Both the position numbers and the translations under genes were made by a program. A stretch of 64,000 bases of DNA from Schizochytrium sp. TIO01 (taxonomy: Eukaryota; Protista; Bigyra: Labyrinthulomycetes), in assembly GCA_004764695.1 (NCBI GenBank), contig SMSO01000033.1, positions 682,001 through 746,000 of the forward strand, written 5' to 3'. The notes below the pieces were generated by a model, which was given only the letters and a program-made list of their open reading frames with translations, was not told the origin of the DNA and did not search any database. Of the stretch, positions 25,001 to 38,768 are shown piece by piece (the first letter of the stretch is position 1; each line of letters begins with the position of its first letter).

Positions 25001-28000
25001 AAAAGGCTTCTTATTTATTTCGGGAAAAATAAAATATATAGAAATATAGGAAGAGAATAGATTAGGGATACCAAAATTGTTGGTTACTGTTAGAGATGAA
25101 GGTACCTAGGTAAAATATCTTCACGAACGCTTGCCCTCTTTTCACGCAGCCTTTGGTTGAAATTAATTTCCTCCGCTTTGTGAATCAAGGGCAATGATGG
25201 ACTTTACTAAATGTTAGACGAAGTTGAAAGAACTGCATGGGAGACATACACATAGCTCATGACTGCTGACTTTTTCTAGATCTAGCTCATCCTTCTTCGT
25301 TTCGGTAGCATCCAGCTAGTTTATAATGCAAATGGTTGTGCACAATTTGATGAGGGATGTTTGCGCACCAGCATTCTAGTTTCTTAGTTTTGAATCGAAC
25401 AAATTAAAACAAACTAAAGCTTATACCCGCTCCACCCCTCTATACTCATGCAGCCAACAGGCTCCTCTCTACTTTTGTCATAAGTCGTTCTGAATGCTAG
25501 CACTGGAGCGGAAAATAAGAATGTAATAGAGACTAAAACAATACATACTTGACGATGCTCTGTTTGAGAATGTATAATGCATGCGATACATCTCTAAAAG
25601 TAGCATAACTCTAAGTGCTTCCTTCAAGTGATACATTATTCAGTAAAGAAAAGAAAAGAGTTTTGGATTTTCATTTTCAAAAAAGGAACAGCCCCTACCT
25701 TCTCTCTCAGTTTTTATTTCTTTTCAATTCAAGATGTGGCAGAGAAATCACCAAACTTCTTCTTCTTTCTATAAATATTCGTACAACTCAGTAAACCATA
25801 GCAACGCAAGAGTGTTGAGAATTATAAATGAAGCAATCAAATATGATATAGATTGAGCTGCCAGGAAGAGACTCCTCAGGATCGCACGGGTTCTCAGAGA
25901 GATTTAATATGGGTGTCTAGGAAGCCATATTGGAGAAGTGGGCAGTTGCTGTCACTCCTATTCATATTACTAATAATAAAAAGACAAAGAGATAAAAAGA
26001 CAAAATTGGTAACTACTTACCTCTATGTAAATACCATATGTTGTAGTTTTAATGAAATGGTGAAAAAGAACTCAGGCTCATGTTATCATACTACACTCAA
26101 ATAAGACTTCGGGTTTCTCGAATCAAAATATCAAGTCAATTAAAATATTTTGAACGAGCAGAGAGTTTATATTGGTTTAAAAACGTTCTAATTTCAAAAT
26201 AGATATATATATATATAATACTTTCTTAACTTCAAAGTTCTTTTACTGACAGGTAGAGAAAATGCTAGGCTATTTTTCGCGAAAGACCAGGCATCAAAAG
26301 ATGCCAGCTTTTACTCTGTACTAAATCTAGTAATTAAATTGTTAGTTATATTCCAAACTCGCGTGCTTTGAAAAATGATCTCCTGTGCATTTATTATGAG
26401 GGTTTTGTTTATTTATAAAACTGTAATTGGTACAAGTACATATAATTTAAACATAAAATAATGTCTCTTCTCCTTTTACTTTAGATGTTTAAATTTTGAT
26501 GATGGTTCTTTAGACGTTTTCAAAAGAACCAGATTCCTCTAGAACATTTTTATAGTCTTGATGATAGATATATTTGTTCATACTTCTTAAAGGAAAAGTA
26601 CAGAATGTGTAATTGGCTCCGTTATTTGTCACCTTGAACCTTAGCCTTTCTGTATTGGATTTTTTCTATTCAAGCTGTCAGAAGATGCTTTAGTAGGTTC
26701 GCCGATACACGACACGCAACCTCGAACGGACAAAAGCTTGGAGTCTCCAATATAACCAACCACAAAGACCTCGAGGAAGTGCTGTAGTCAAGGGCGGTTC
26801 AAGACTGCCAAGTATGCATTGGGCATTGTCCATGCTCAGCACGCTGTTGCATGGATGTGTCTTTTACTGCAGCTGGAGACAAGGCGTGGAGTTCCCCTTC
26901 GCAGTGCATGGGTTTGATTGCAAGGGCTTCCACCACGCTCGCAGAATTGGACACGCGCTTTCCCCTCAACTGCCATTCTTGCAGATTCGACATTTTCTGT
27001 TATCTTTTAAATTAGGCGTCAACGGTTCCCATTTCTTGACCTCTAATCTGCTGTGGCTGCTAGCGTAGGTAGCCGGAGACTATCTGACAAGTTCAAAAGT
27101 GGCATCTCCAATATTTGCGGAATTCGCCCACTGCTGCTATTTGTCAACGTGTCTGTCTACCCCCTTACCGCAGCAAGGTGAGAAGCAGTTTATTCATATG
27201 TTCAAAGGGAACTTGTTTGGGTGGTACTCAAAGGCGTCATAGAAAAATGCACTCATATTGCCCACTCTCTAGAGAAGAGACTCCTAGAGCGTCAGCGACG
27301 CTCAATGTATGTACAAACCCGGGTAAACAAATAGCAACTTTGACCGCCGACCTGAGCTTTTCTCTTTGCTAAACATGCTTGCCTTTGTTAGTTACCCATA
27401 CATTCAAATGGGATTTCTCACTAAAATGGGGAGGCTGTAGTATTTAACGTCCTTTTTCCTTCTGTCGTTGTTGCGGAAACTCGGAAGATCGGATGATGAT
27501 AGTTAGGCTTACTGTCTTCTTCAACTTTTAAGGATGATTGACAACAAGAAAAAGAATGGAGAAAAGAATAGAATATAGATATCTACATCATCTTTTAAAG
27601 AGTAAGACCGCTAGAATTGCTCAGGAAAACCTGGATATGAGTGCATTATGAAAGTTTTTCATGCAGATAGATTAGGAGATTGAGAGACTTGGTTGCATCG
27701 ATGAAATAATTCTTCTGTATTATCTTTGCTGCTTCTTTTTGCAATAAAAGTGTACCTGCTACTGTATTACATTAAAAATAAAATAAAAATCATAATGGAG
27801 TTGCCTGGGTAGGTAGACAGACCTATCAAGTTGTCTGATGAGGTTTAATAAGTACCTCCTTAGTTTGTATACCCGATACCGAACCGTAAGGAAGGCCCTT
27901 TTCTCTGAAACCCTTTTCGAGGTGCGACAGCAACCAACAGAATCATGGGGTTTCCACGGCAACAGATGCATAAGATTTGGGCTCTAAGAACAATTTGCCA

Positions 28001-30748
28001 AAGACAGAACACGAGGAACTTTATATTAAAAAAAGAAAAAAAAAAAACATTTTGTTTTTTTAAACCTCTGCTATGCTTGGCTAAAAATATTGTGCTTATC
28101 CTGCTTGAAAACAATTATGGAAGAGATAACTTTAAAATAAAATAAAAAAAACTTAAAGAGGAAGATGAAAACAAGAATAACTAAAAAGTATCAAGGTTTC
28201 TCACCTGACCTTCATCTGTACGTGTGAATGAACAGCTTTTGTTCAAACGTTTGACGCATATTCCCAAAGGTTGTGATCGCTCAAAATTATGTCATTTCCA
28301 ACTGAACAACGTAAAAGAAGCACGCCATAAATGCATGCAATGTTTTGATTAACGTTTTTTGTGAGGTCTAAAAAGCCATCGCAAACATATGATTTGGTAC
28401 TCACACCTTAACTCCAGCATTCTTGCAAAGGTTGTCTTTTCTCATCATTCTTCACATGTTAAAACAATTTTCTGAAAAGTAAAAAATGTTTAATCCAATC
28501 ACTTCTGAACACAACTATGAAGGTAGGGATCACAGCAGACTAACTTTAATTTTATTTTTTAAAATTTAATAAATCAAAGGGTAGGGATCAAGTCTCTGTA
28601 TCCGGAATCATCTTTCTTTACGGGAGGTATTGTGATGATTCTCGGCTCTTCCAATAGGCCAATGCATGCCGTCCTCGGGAACTTGGCGGCCATGTTCTTT
28701 CTGAGAGAAACCCTGTATGCCTTTAACGATCGTCCTTCTCTTTGGTTGCTTTAAATATTATTCAAACACGCGCTTTTTAAAGAAAGGTAACACATAAAAA
28801 AACGAAGGCGAGTATGGGGTCATTCTTCCTTCTCGCTTATGGAAGGAAGTGAATCTTACTTAATATAGATGGTGCCCAGAATTTGCTTGAATTTGTCGAG
28901 CGGATAAGAAAACCCGAAAGTGTATTTTTTTCTTCTCATCTTTTGAAAAAAAATAAAATATTTTATTTTATTTTTAACGTTAAGAAGCAAGAGATCTTGA
29001 AAAAGGTGAAACTTAGATGGGGGTGTGATGCTCTGAATGCTGATACAGAATAGGCAGCACCAAACTGTTAGATTATGACAGAAAAATGAAATGGGTTGCA
29101 AGACCCGCATTATTATCAATTCTTCAAGTCTTGATTATGAGGATTTCTCTTCTCAACAAAGTAGCAGCACGTAGATTGGCAATCATTGACTTAGCTTTGT
29201 TTTAATATGGAAACTATCATCTAGAAGGTGGGGGGGGGGGGGTATGATAATTATCTTGTAAATCGCCTCCGATCGCAGCTTATTTCTTGTCTTACAATTT
29301 TGCTATTGCTGTATATGAAATGCGTTTGAAGGATATAAATCTGTAGTGTTAGGTAAACCAAATAGCGGCGTAGGCTTTGGCTAGTTGGTACCAAGCCGTA
29401 TTGTTTTGGAGCTGCAATTTCATAATTGGACAAAAAGAAACAAAACAAGTCTGACTGCCGTTGCCAAGACTGATTATGCCATATTTTGCATAATCAGAGT
29501 GTGCGGGCGATTCGTACATTTACATTTTCGCCTGCTTCATTCTGAGGCGAATAATTCATAAGTCACTTGCTGTAGCTCACTGGTAGATCTAATCATGGTA
29601 GAATTATCTACGCTTAGACTTTTATAAATCTTACTAGTAGCCTATCTGCAGTTTTATCTTTTCGATGGGCGCGAAAAAAATACGTTTAAGAGCGGTGTGC
29701 TATTCCAACAATTAAAAATTTGACAGGTAACAGGTATCTCATCGAGTTTTAACCATCGCTATTGCCTGAACTTGGTGTGGTGAAATCTTACAACACATAG
29801 CTCATAAAAGCAGCTCTCTCTTTGGTGGAGCTCTTGCGCAATCGTATAAACCAATGAGAAGTTGTATACACTTCGTTTATCTTCCTCCGCCTCAATGTCT
29901 TTGCTGGCTCTTATTGACCTTTACCTTTTATTGCCAAAGAATGTTATCTGTCAAAAACGCTTCTCCTCTAATTATTTTTCTTTTAGATTTACAGTATAAA
30001 AATATACTTAATTAAAAGAAATCTACGGGTTTTGTATAGAGGCTATAGGGATATTTTGTCGTTTGTTTATGTGTCATCAGTCTGCACTGACAGTTTTATA
30101 AAGTAATGCAATAGCAGCTCAAATGATATCAACGAAGATAGTTTGAACAGGGTATAGCCTTTCAATGCTGTTTTCACAATCGAAAGTTCAAGTTGGATTT
30201 GTTTTTGTTGTTTTTATTGTTGTTGTCAACTTTTCCAGCCGAGATGCTCTCCTTTTCATAGAAGTTCGTGAGAGACACAGAAGCTTTTAATCGGGGAACC
30301 ACCAGATCTGAAAATTCTAACCAAAAGTTTCTACAGAACGAAGAGCATAGTTTTTAAAAGTTTTTTTCTTTTTTTCTTAAAGCTTAGAAGAGAATAATAT
30401 GTTCCTTTTCACTTTTTAAATCACCTATTTTTAAAGAATGAAATTAAAAGATCACATAAGGCTTAGGTACACATACATCAAAGATCATTCCGCTAGGCGG
30501 AGAATATTTTGAAAGTGGGTAGCATGATAGTAACTAAATACTACAAGGTAAGCCCAGGCTTTTTGATGGATTTTTTTATTATTTCTCATCGAAAGTTAGA
30601 AAACTGAAACAAAGAGAATGCGAGAGTCATATTTCTCGCTTGCAAGCGAGGTATGTGATGATGAATATTCCAGCTAAGGAGGCAAAGTCTTTCACCGGAA
30701 TTTATTCTTCTCTCTCGGGCTCTTTCTGCTACTGACTAGCTCTGGTGA

Positions 30749-30749
<1 letters not shown>

Positions 30750-30779
<30 letters not shown>

Positions 30780-30869
30780 TGTATGTATGTATGTATGTAT
30801 GTATGTATGTATGTATGTATGTATGTATGTATGTATGTATGTATGTATGTATGTATGTATGTATGTATG
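30750..30869. repeat. (TATG)30 microsatellite
   Basis: Perfect 120-bp tetranucleotide run. Confidence 0.98.
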
Positions 30870-31309
30870 CTCAGGTATTGTTAATGAGAGGAGCTGTTAG
30901 AAGAAGAAGTGCCCAAACAAAAGTTCGGCTTCAGCAGTCTGACTTAGCTCTATTATGGTTGGCTTCAAAGCAAAAAGCTGCTGAAGGCCTCTTCTTTCTT
31001 TGATAGTTGGCGCTCTCTCTGTTCAATTCAAGACTCTTCATGGAGCGAAGAGGCCTTAGTAAGGTATAAAAACAAATTACCCTCCACGTTTCTCTTCGAG
31101 CGCATGGAGTGAGGGTTTGATTCTGAAGGGCTCATGGGAAGTGAATCTTGAATGGGTCCATCTTCCAAAGGAAGAACGGAATTCATGATAACAGAGAAAC
31201 TCCAAGATTGATAAACAGTCTGGTGAGTTAGTCGGCCATTCATTGGTTCGTGAAATCCGCAACAAAATCCGCGGATCAGACCTACCTTTTGGCTCTCTCA
31301 CCACCCGCA

Positions 31310-31395
31310 AACATCCATCCATTCATCCACCCATCCATCCACCCATTCATCCAATCATTCATTCATCCATTCAATCATTCATTCATCCATCCATT
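31310..31395. repeat. Imperfect (CCAT/TCAT)n microsatellite
   Basis: Mixed CATC/CATT/CACC tetramers. Confidence 0.85.
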
Positions 31396-32160
31396 ACTTC
31401 ATTTTATTCAGTCATTGATCCATACATTTATGTGTGCTGTGCTCTACTTATTTACAAAAGAAAGAGGAAAGGGCGATGCAAACCAAAAACCTGAAGCTTG
31501 CTTTTCTTAACGTTAGCAAGGCTGCGAAGATACTCTACTCCATCCAAAGCTCCCCTTCTTCGAATGAATGAATGAGCTCATCGATAGTAAGAACCTCAAG
31601 AGGAATGAAATTACGCATCCATTTGCTGCTGCTAGGAGGTCTTATGAGGTTGATAGTACTAGTGTGTGTATGTAGGTTTTGAGCAATAGATGATTGTTCT
31701 CTAATGCACATCATACATACATAATAACGTCTTTCAACTGATCATCTATCGCGGAGCTCCATACAATCGAAAGGAGTCCATAAAAAACGAATCGGCGGCC
31801 TCTGTTAATGAATAAATAACTCAGGAACATGCGCAAGAGAGCTCGCAAAAGATAAACCTCCGCCTCTCCACGAGGAAGCGGCCAAAGCAGACTGTAAAGC
31901 CTGCATTCATTGATTCGTTCCTGCCTGCGTCTGCATGATTCGAAGAAAAAAAAAAAAAAAAAAAAGGGATGGCGGACGGCTATTGGATCCAATCGCGATG
32001 GCGACGAGACTTGCGCGCTTCGAATTCAGGGGTCGAGACAAGTCCTCGACGGCTCTTTTCCCTCTGCTTCGTTCTTTCTTTGAAAATTCCTGGCTCCCGC
32101 TTCCTTGGTGTCTTTAAAGAACGGTTCGCAGAGAAACAGAACGAAAGAAAACAGAGAACT

Positions 32161-32273
<113 letters not shown>

Positions 32274-35200
32274 GAGGGATGGATCCCAGAATGAACGAAC
32301 CGTCGACCTTTGATATTTATTACTCTCGGTTTTTTATAGTTTAACTAAAAGTAAAATTAAATGTGAGAATTGTGGATTGATTGAGTGATTTATTGATTGA
32401 TGGAATGACTCGTGCTCAAAACGGAAAGGAGCATGAAAGGGCGCAAATGGTCTCATTTAATGTATCTTGAGACAGGCAAAACAAAACTCACCCCAACGAA
32501 GCGACTTTTGCATTCTTTAGTAATGTTCAAACCAGTTTCATTTCTCGGAGAGCTGACGGGTAAAAAACATTAACAATACGCTGTCAATTCGGGAAAAAAC
32601 AGCATCTAGCTTGTTCTTCGCGGAGTAAGCCGGCCAGTCAGTTTATTCATTTCCTATGTTCTAAAACTCAAGGAACTCGCGCTGGCGAGAGCAGGGATTG
32701 CTGGTAACCTCGGGACCGCAATGAGAAGAAGAAGAAGCTGACTGCGTTGGCGAACGATGATTATTAGCTTAGTTAATGAGAGAGCCCTCTGAGAATGAGC
32801 CCAAACCACTGATTCGTAGTCTATTCTTCTGGGGGGTTGACTTAGTCCAAGCTCTGACGCGATCGTGACTTCAATGCAGCAGAGGTGCTAAGAAAACGAA
32901 ACTACACACGTAAGTTTGCAATGAAAGAAGAAGAACGTGTCACGAGTGGTCCATCGATCGACCAATCAACGGATTTGGACGGACTCTTTTGCGCTTCCTG
33001 GACTCTCAGGTAATCCGGCTTTCAAGAAAGATGGCAAGTCCGCGCAAAAGCCCAAAAGTGCTCGCCATACCGTACCTTGGAGCAGGTGAATATTTTCGAG
33101 CTTGAGCACGAGGCGTCCGTTCACCAATCTTCTCAAGGTCAATATCCTCGGTCTCTATTGCTCACGGAGATCTTGTAAGCCCTTGAGATGTCAAGGTCCG
33201 CCATACTCGTCAAACGAATGGCGCTCAGACGCGCCCTCTCGAAAGCGCACAATTGAGGAGAAAGTGGGATCCGGGAATGGTACTTGAATGTACTCGGAAG
33301 ATGATGCTTTGCTTTGACCTTTGCTTTGCTTTGACCTTCGCTTTGACCTTCGAATTGGCGGGGTTATAAAGCTTAAAACTCGCTGGCATCACAGCAAAAC
33401 GGACTGAGCAGCTGGAGTACAGGTCACGCGATTCTCAGAATACATGTTGGGAGTGGCGTGGACACCATCTGCCGAGGCTTTGACTCCAATTCCCGCTCTC
33501 GCTAAACTGCACTGAGCCAGCGCACAGTGAAGACATCATCGGTTCCAATATGATGAATCAATAGAGTGCTCCGAGGAAGCAGGGAGTAGCTACCGACTCG
33601 AACGATATCTTTGAATCTTTGAATCAGCGAAGAGCGCGCTTCTGGTTTATTTAGCCCATTCATAACCGAAGTGAAGATTGTGATAGGTGCAACTGCATAG
33701 TAGTATTTGAGTAAGTTAGGGCTTTGTGGAAATCTTGCACTGACACGATTAAAACCACCGAGGTTGGACCCCCATCACGCCAAGCCCACGAATAGAAGTG
33801 TTGCCTATAACAGCAACGATACACCATGATTGAAGAGCAGCGCGCTTCTTCAGCAGGGATGTTACTTAATTGGCGAACCCAGTCATGATCCATGAACTCA
33901 GCCTATGCCATTCTCTTGTTAGGAAAATATGAAAATCGCTCTGCAAACTACTGAAAGTAAAGGGACTTAAGAAGGTACTCTTCTAATAAATAAATCAAGC
34001 CACAAAGGCCATCATAAAGTTCTTACAAAATTGTAGTAGATATAGAATGTAATAAAGAGAGTGCCCAAGGAGTGAAAGTGCGTCTAATTCCACAGGGAAA
34101 GAGTTTTTGAACAGCCAAGCATACAGACAATTTCAAGCTAATGCAGGTCCCTGGAAATCACCATCAGTATTCTTCGCTATCTATGAATATGAAATAAAGT
34201 CATGTGCAACGCGATATCAGTTACACCGTTTTGCGTGGGAGTCAAAAGAAGCCTAAAAGATCATAGCTGTAAGTTTCGTGTTTTTTTTCTTTAAAATGAA
34301 CAGCCTACTTACTACTTAGTGCAGCAGTCACCAGTCAATGCATAGGGGTTTTATGTATGAAAATCATGTGGTTAAGCAAGTATGTAATGTGTAGTGCCCA
34401 ACACATGTTTTGAAAAGTCCAGAACATGATTTTTCTATAGGTGTAACCGCGTACAAACGTGTATGGGCCACCTCCACATCATTTATATCGACTTACGAAC
34501 GAATACCAACACCGAGTAGAAGCACTAGTACTATATAGTGTAGCCTTTTTCCCCTACATTTTGAAGTAAACAGATTATTTATTGTTATTATTATTATTAT
34601 TATTATATATTGTAACTGAATAATTGAGATAAACTTTTTTTGAAATAAGTTACTAAAATAACAACACTTTCTAATTTTTAAATGGGCCTACCTTCAGCTA
34701 GCCTAGTTTTCGTTAGTTTCTTATTTTAATTTTTACTGTTTATAGTTTTTAAGAACTACTATAAGACCAGCGTTTGCTTTTCTTGGTATGCTTCCCCTGC
34801 CCCTTTTTCTTCCTTCTTCGAAAGTTTGCCATCATCCATTTCCTGTTTGTTTGTAATTTTGATCTTTTTTCTTTTCTGTTCTCTGAAAAGAGTCTCAAAC
34901 CTAACCGTGACTTTTATAAATGCGTGTTGGCAAAGACAAGTTTTGCTTCCTCTCGAAAACAGTAGCCACGGATCTACAGATGTCACAGCTCGAATGGTTG
35001 AACAACAGTAGGCACCACAAATAACGCTCTTGCTATTATTACAGCTGCGCAGAGAAGCAAGCTAGCAGCCATGTTTCCCAATAATGACCATTGTGCATCG
35101 CCACGGCCCTCCTCCCCTTTCATGGCTCTCAGATACTATAGACCTACCCTCGTTTTATCTTCTCTGACACTCGTTGAGTGGCAGGGTGCGACTTAGGTGC

Positions 35201-38200
35201 ATCAAATACTCCTCGAACTCCGTTGTGCTCTCGCGGAGCAAAGCGAATGCCTCCGTAGGTTAAGAATGGAAAACATCTTTGGTCGGCCGTGATGGATAAC
35301 CCGTTTCTCGCTGCAGCTCCACATGAGCAACGTTTAACTGAGCTCCTCTTCAGATGTGTGCGAAACAAGCAACCTTTAGACACGAGTGAGTTGGCCTCAA
35401 CGAGCCGACGATTTAAAGGCAGCCCTGAGATCTGCAGGAGTGAATGTATTGATTGCATTTAAGCTGTCGAAGAAGCGATTCACGCGGCGCCTCGCTAATA
35501 AGATTACTTCATGAAGATTGGCCGTTTCCCCACGTGTGCGTTCTTCGAGTGGTGGTCTCGAGGAATCGTACTACCTATAAACGCAGTTCCTCTGCTGGTT
35601 TCGGTGGTGAACAAGGCAGCGCTCCAGAGGCGCCGCTATGATTAATCGATTTATTTCTTTGCGGAGTTTGTGCATGCCAAATGCCGCCAAGGCCTTTGCT
35701 TTGGCTCAAGGAAAGCCCTCCCGCTAGCTAGCTCGTTCGTTTTCCAAGAGCTGATTGGAATCGTTTGCTGGTCTCTCAGAGCTTGCTTCTGCGAGCGGCT
35801 GCTGCTGCTGTTGAGCTGCAGCTGCGACAACGCCGTGGTGGTGGTACAAGTCGCAGAGAGCGAGTGATGTTTCGAACCAATGGATACCTCGTAATTGAAT
35901 TTGGAGTGCGGTATGGATAGAGGAGCGCACGCGATATGCATTCATGCATTCATGCATGCATGCGTGCATGCACCTCATTTTCATTCTCTTCGTGTGCTCT
36001 TTGTGTACAAGTTCGAAGGTTTCAAAACAACTCGCCGACGGAACGGATGAATGGCCAACAAAATCAACGTTTGTGGCTAGTAGAAAACCAATCCAATCAC
36101 TAGAGGTCATGGCGGCCTCAACGATGCACAGCGAATTAACTTTGTGCATGCGAAGAATGGGCGATATTGCGCTGTTCCGTTTGTTTTTCGAGCCAAGAGA
36201 GGTCATACTGTATGAGACAAAGAAAGTTAATCAACAGACCCCAGGCTTGGCACTTGCTGTTTTGTGAGGCATAGAGACTATATATAAGATTTGATCGATT
36301 CCTTTGTTTCTTAGTGGGCGTGTTCGCTTTCATGTTTTAATTTTTCATTTCATTTTCAATTCAAATTGTATAAGACTAGCGATGGGAATAATTTTTATAA
36401 AAAACAATTAACAAAAAACGCGCAGAGAATTTACAGGCAAACAACAGCACTGTCGAACGACAAAACAAAATCGGGCCCGTCTATAAGCCCGTACAAAGCC
36501 ACGGATTCACAAAGCGCTGCTTCCGTATGTCAGTCAATCCTGGGGACTTTGAGGAGTCTAACTAACCCTGCTTCCAGGACTTTGATTACCTACATCTGCA
36601 ACCAATTCTCGATTCTTTCTTACGTTTAAAATAATAATTTTTTAAAAAGTAGTGGTAGTAGTGGGAGTAAATACAAAAAAGGTACCTACGTAATTTTTTA
36701 TTATTTTCACGCTTCAGGTCCTGTTTCTTACTTCTTTTTTCAAGTGAATAGATTCTGGTGCTTCTTTGCTGACAGAAAACCCAGTTTCTCCTTCTTTCAA
36801 AGTTCCTTTTCTTTTCCACGCTTTCGTTTTTACCGCTTCTCAATATTACACGCCTGCCTGCCTAATGAACAAACAAACAAAGAGGTACGTACGTACTGCC
36901 TAGTGAGCCAGCTAGTTCACGAGCTAGTATTTATTGCCTACTCCCTCCTTTGAAAACCGCGCTTTCTGGAATAAAAGAAGATTGTAATCGCTTCGAGGAT
37001 GAGCCCAAAACCCCTCAATTTTATCATATGTCGGCCGCAAGGGTTCCCTTCGGCGAGACTAACTCCAGTGCATCATTCTGCTCAACTTGTGACCTGGCGA
37101 GAGCTCAAATACTCTTTTAAACTCAAGTCTTCCTTGGAAAAGTACAGACCTTTCCCGCTTCCCAGCACTTCAAGTTTTCCAACCGCTTCTTTCGTCTATC
37201 TGATGGTACGAAATGATAAGTACGAGTCGCTCGAAGCTGTAGCTAGCGCGGGTAGGCCCTCCTACACAGGTGCCTACTCGTGGTGGTTTTGCAAGAACTG
37301 AAGAAGAAAAGCTTTTCAGGAGATGGGAGAGAGAAATGAGTACTGCCCGTACCCCCACAGCAAGATTTAATTTAATTTAAAAAGATTTCTACTTGCACGC
37401 ACTATATGGGCGCGGCTCGTGTCTGGTTTAAGGTTTCTTACGCTCCCTAGTTTCCAAAATGTGAAATGTGCGACCTCACGCATGTCGAGTCGACGCCACT
37501 TTCTATCATTGCCAAGATTGCCGCCATACCTCCTGACAGGTGCTGCGAGGACCATTTAAAGCGTGTGAACACTCGAAGAGGCCCTCGAAACGTTGTGCTC
37601 ACAGCGTCCATAGAAAGTGAACAGCGAGGAATCAATCTCTGCTATCAATCAGGGTGAACAGCGTATGAGTTAATTACTTACTGTTCATCTTTTCTCTTCT
37701 TCTTCTCTTGCTTTTGCTTCTTTCTATTTTCATCTCTCACTTCTTCATTTTCATCTTCTTTTTTCTTTTCTTTTCTTTTCTTTTCTTTTCGACGAGTCAG
37801 TATGAGCAGTTTCTAACTTTCTCTTTTTCTCTCTCTCTCTCTGCAGTCGCTATACGCCCAGTTAGTGAGTGGTAAGGAAGCGAGTGATCTGTCAATCTGT
37901 CTCGTTCGTTGCGATAGTGGAGTGAGTGGAAGGAGGCCGACGACTTGTACCATGGCTTCATGGTAATCCGTGGAGTTTTAACAAGTAGCATTTGATTCTT
38001 TGAGTGTACATCAGTTGCCTCAAATCCTACATCGAAATATAATATACAAAAGCATTTACCTTGGAATAGGTGACGAGGACCGCTCCAAACTGAGAAGACA
38101 ACCCAAGTTCCAGAAAGGGCGCAGGACTACGCCATAATCTAAGAACGAATGTCCATTATCAAGTGTACTGTACCTTTTTAAACCTCACAGACAATCTTCC

Positions 38201-38648
38201 TTTCAAGTTCCTATATCAAGAATGTGAATGGGGTGGCGCACTAACTACTTACTTCTGCTACAGGATAGCTATTAGGTAGCTATGATGCCATTTCGAGGAG
38301 GAACGAAAGAATTGAATAAATGCAGACTTTAAAAAACGAGGAGGAGGAGCAGGAAGAAGAATGGAGAACCATTAAAGAAATGAAATGTTTCCAAAGCTCA
38401 TCAGCTGTTTTGATGGTTGGTGGATCACTCACTGCCCAAACCCACACGTGGTCGCCGCTTAGTCAGGAGCTCATTTTCAGTGTGGGCAGGAGAACAAACA
38501 AGCTCATCGATTGATGAAGGACTCCAGACAGACCAATGATTGATGGATGCGCACCCGAGCTGCTTCAAAACCATCGCACTAACTTTGATTCAGTCTTTAC
38601 GACTCAGAGAGAACAGTTTCGTTTCCACTTTCTCTTAAAAGCATGCAG

Positions 38649-38768
38649 AATAAATAAATAAATATATTAATAAATATATTAATAAATATATTAATAAATA
38701 TATTAATAAATATATTAATAAATATATTAATAAATATATTAATAAATATATTAATAAATAAATATATT
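38649..38768. repeat. Pure-AT 12-bp minisatellite (AATAAATATATT)x8 plus one variant unit
   Basis: Eight perfect units at 38657-38752. The 120 bp contain no G or C. Confidence 0.95.
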
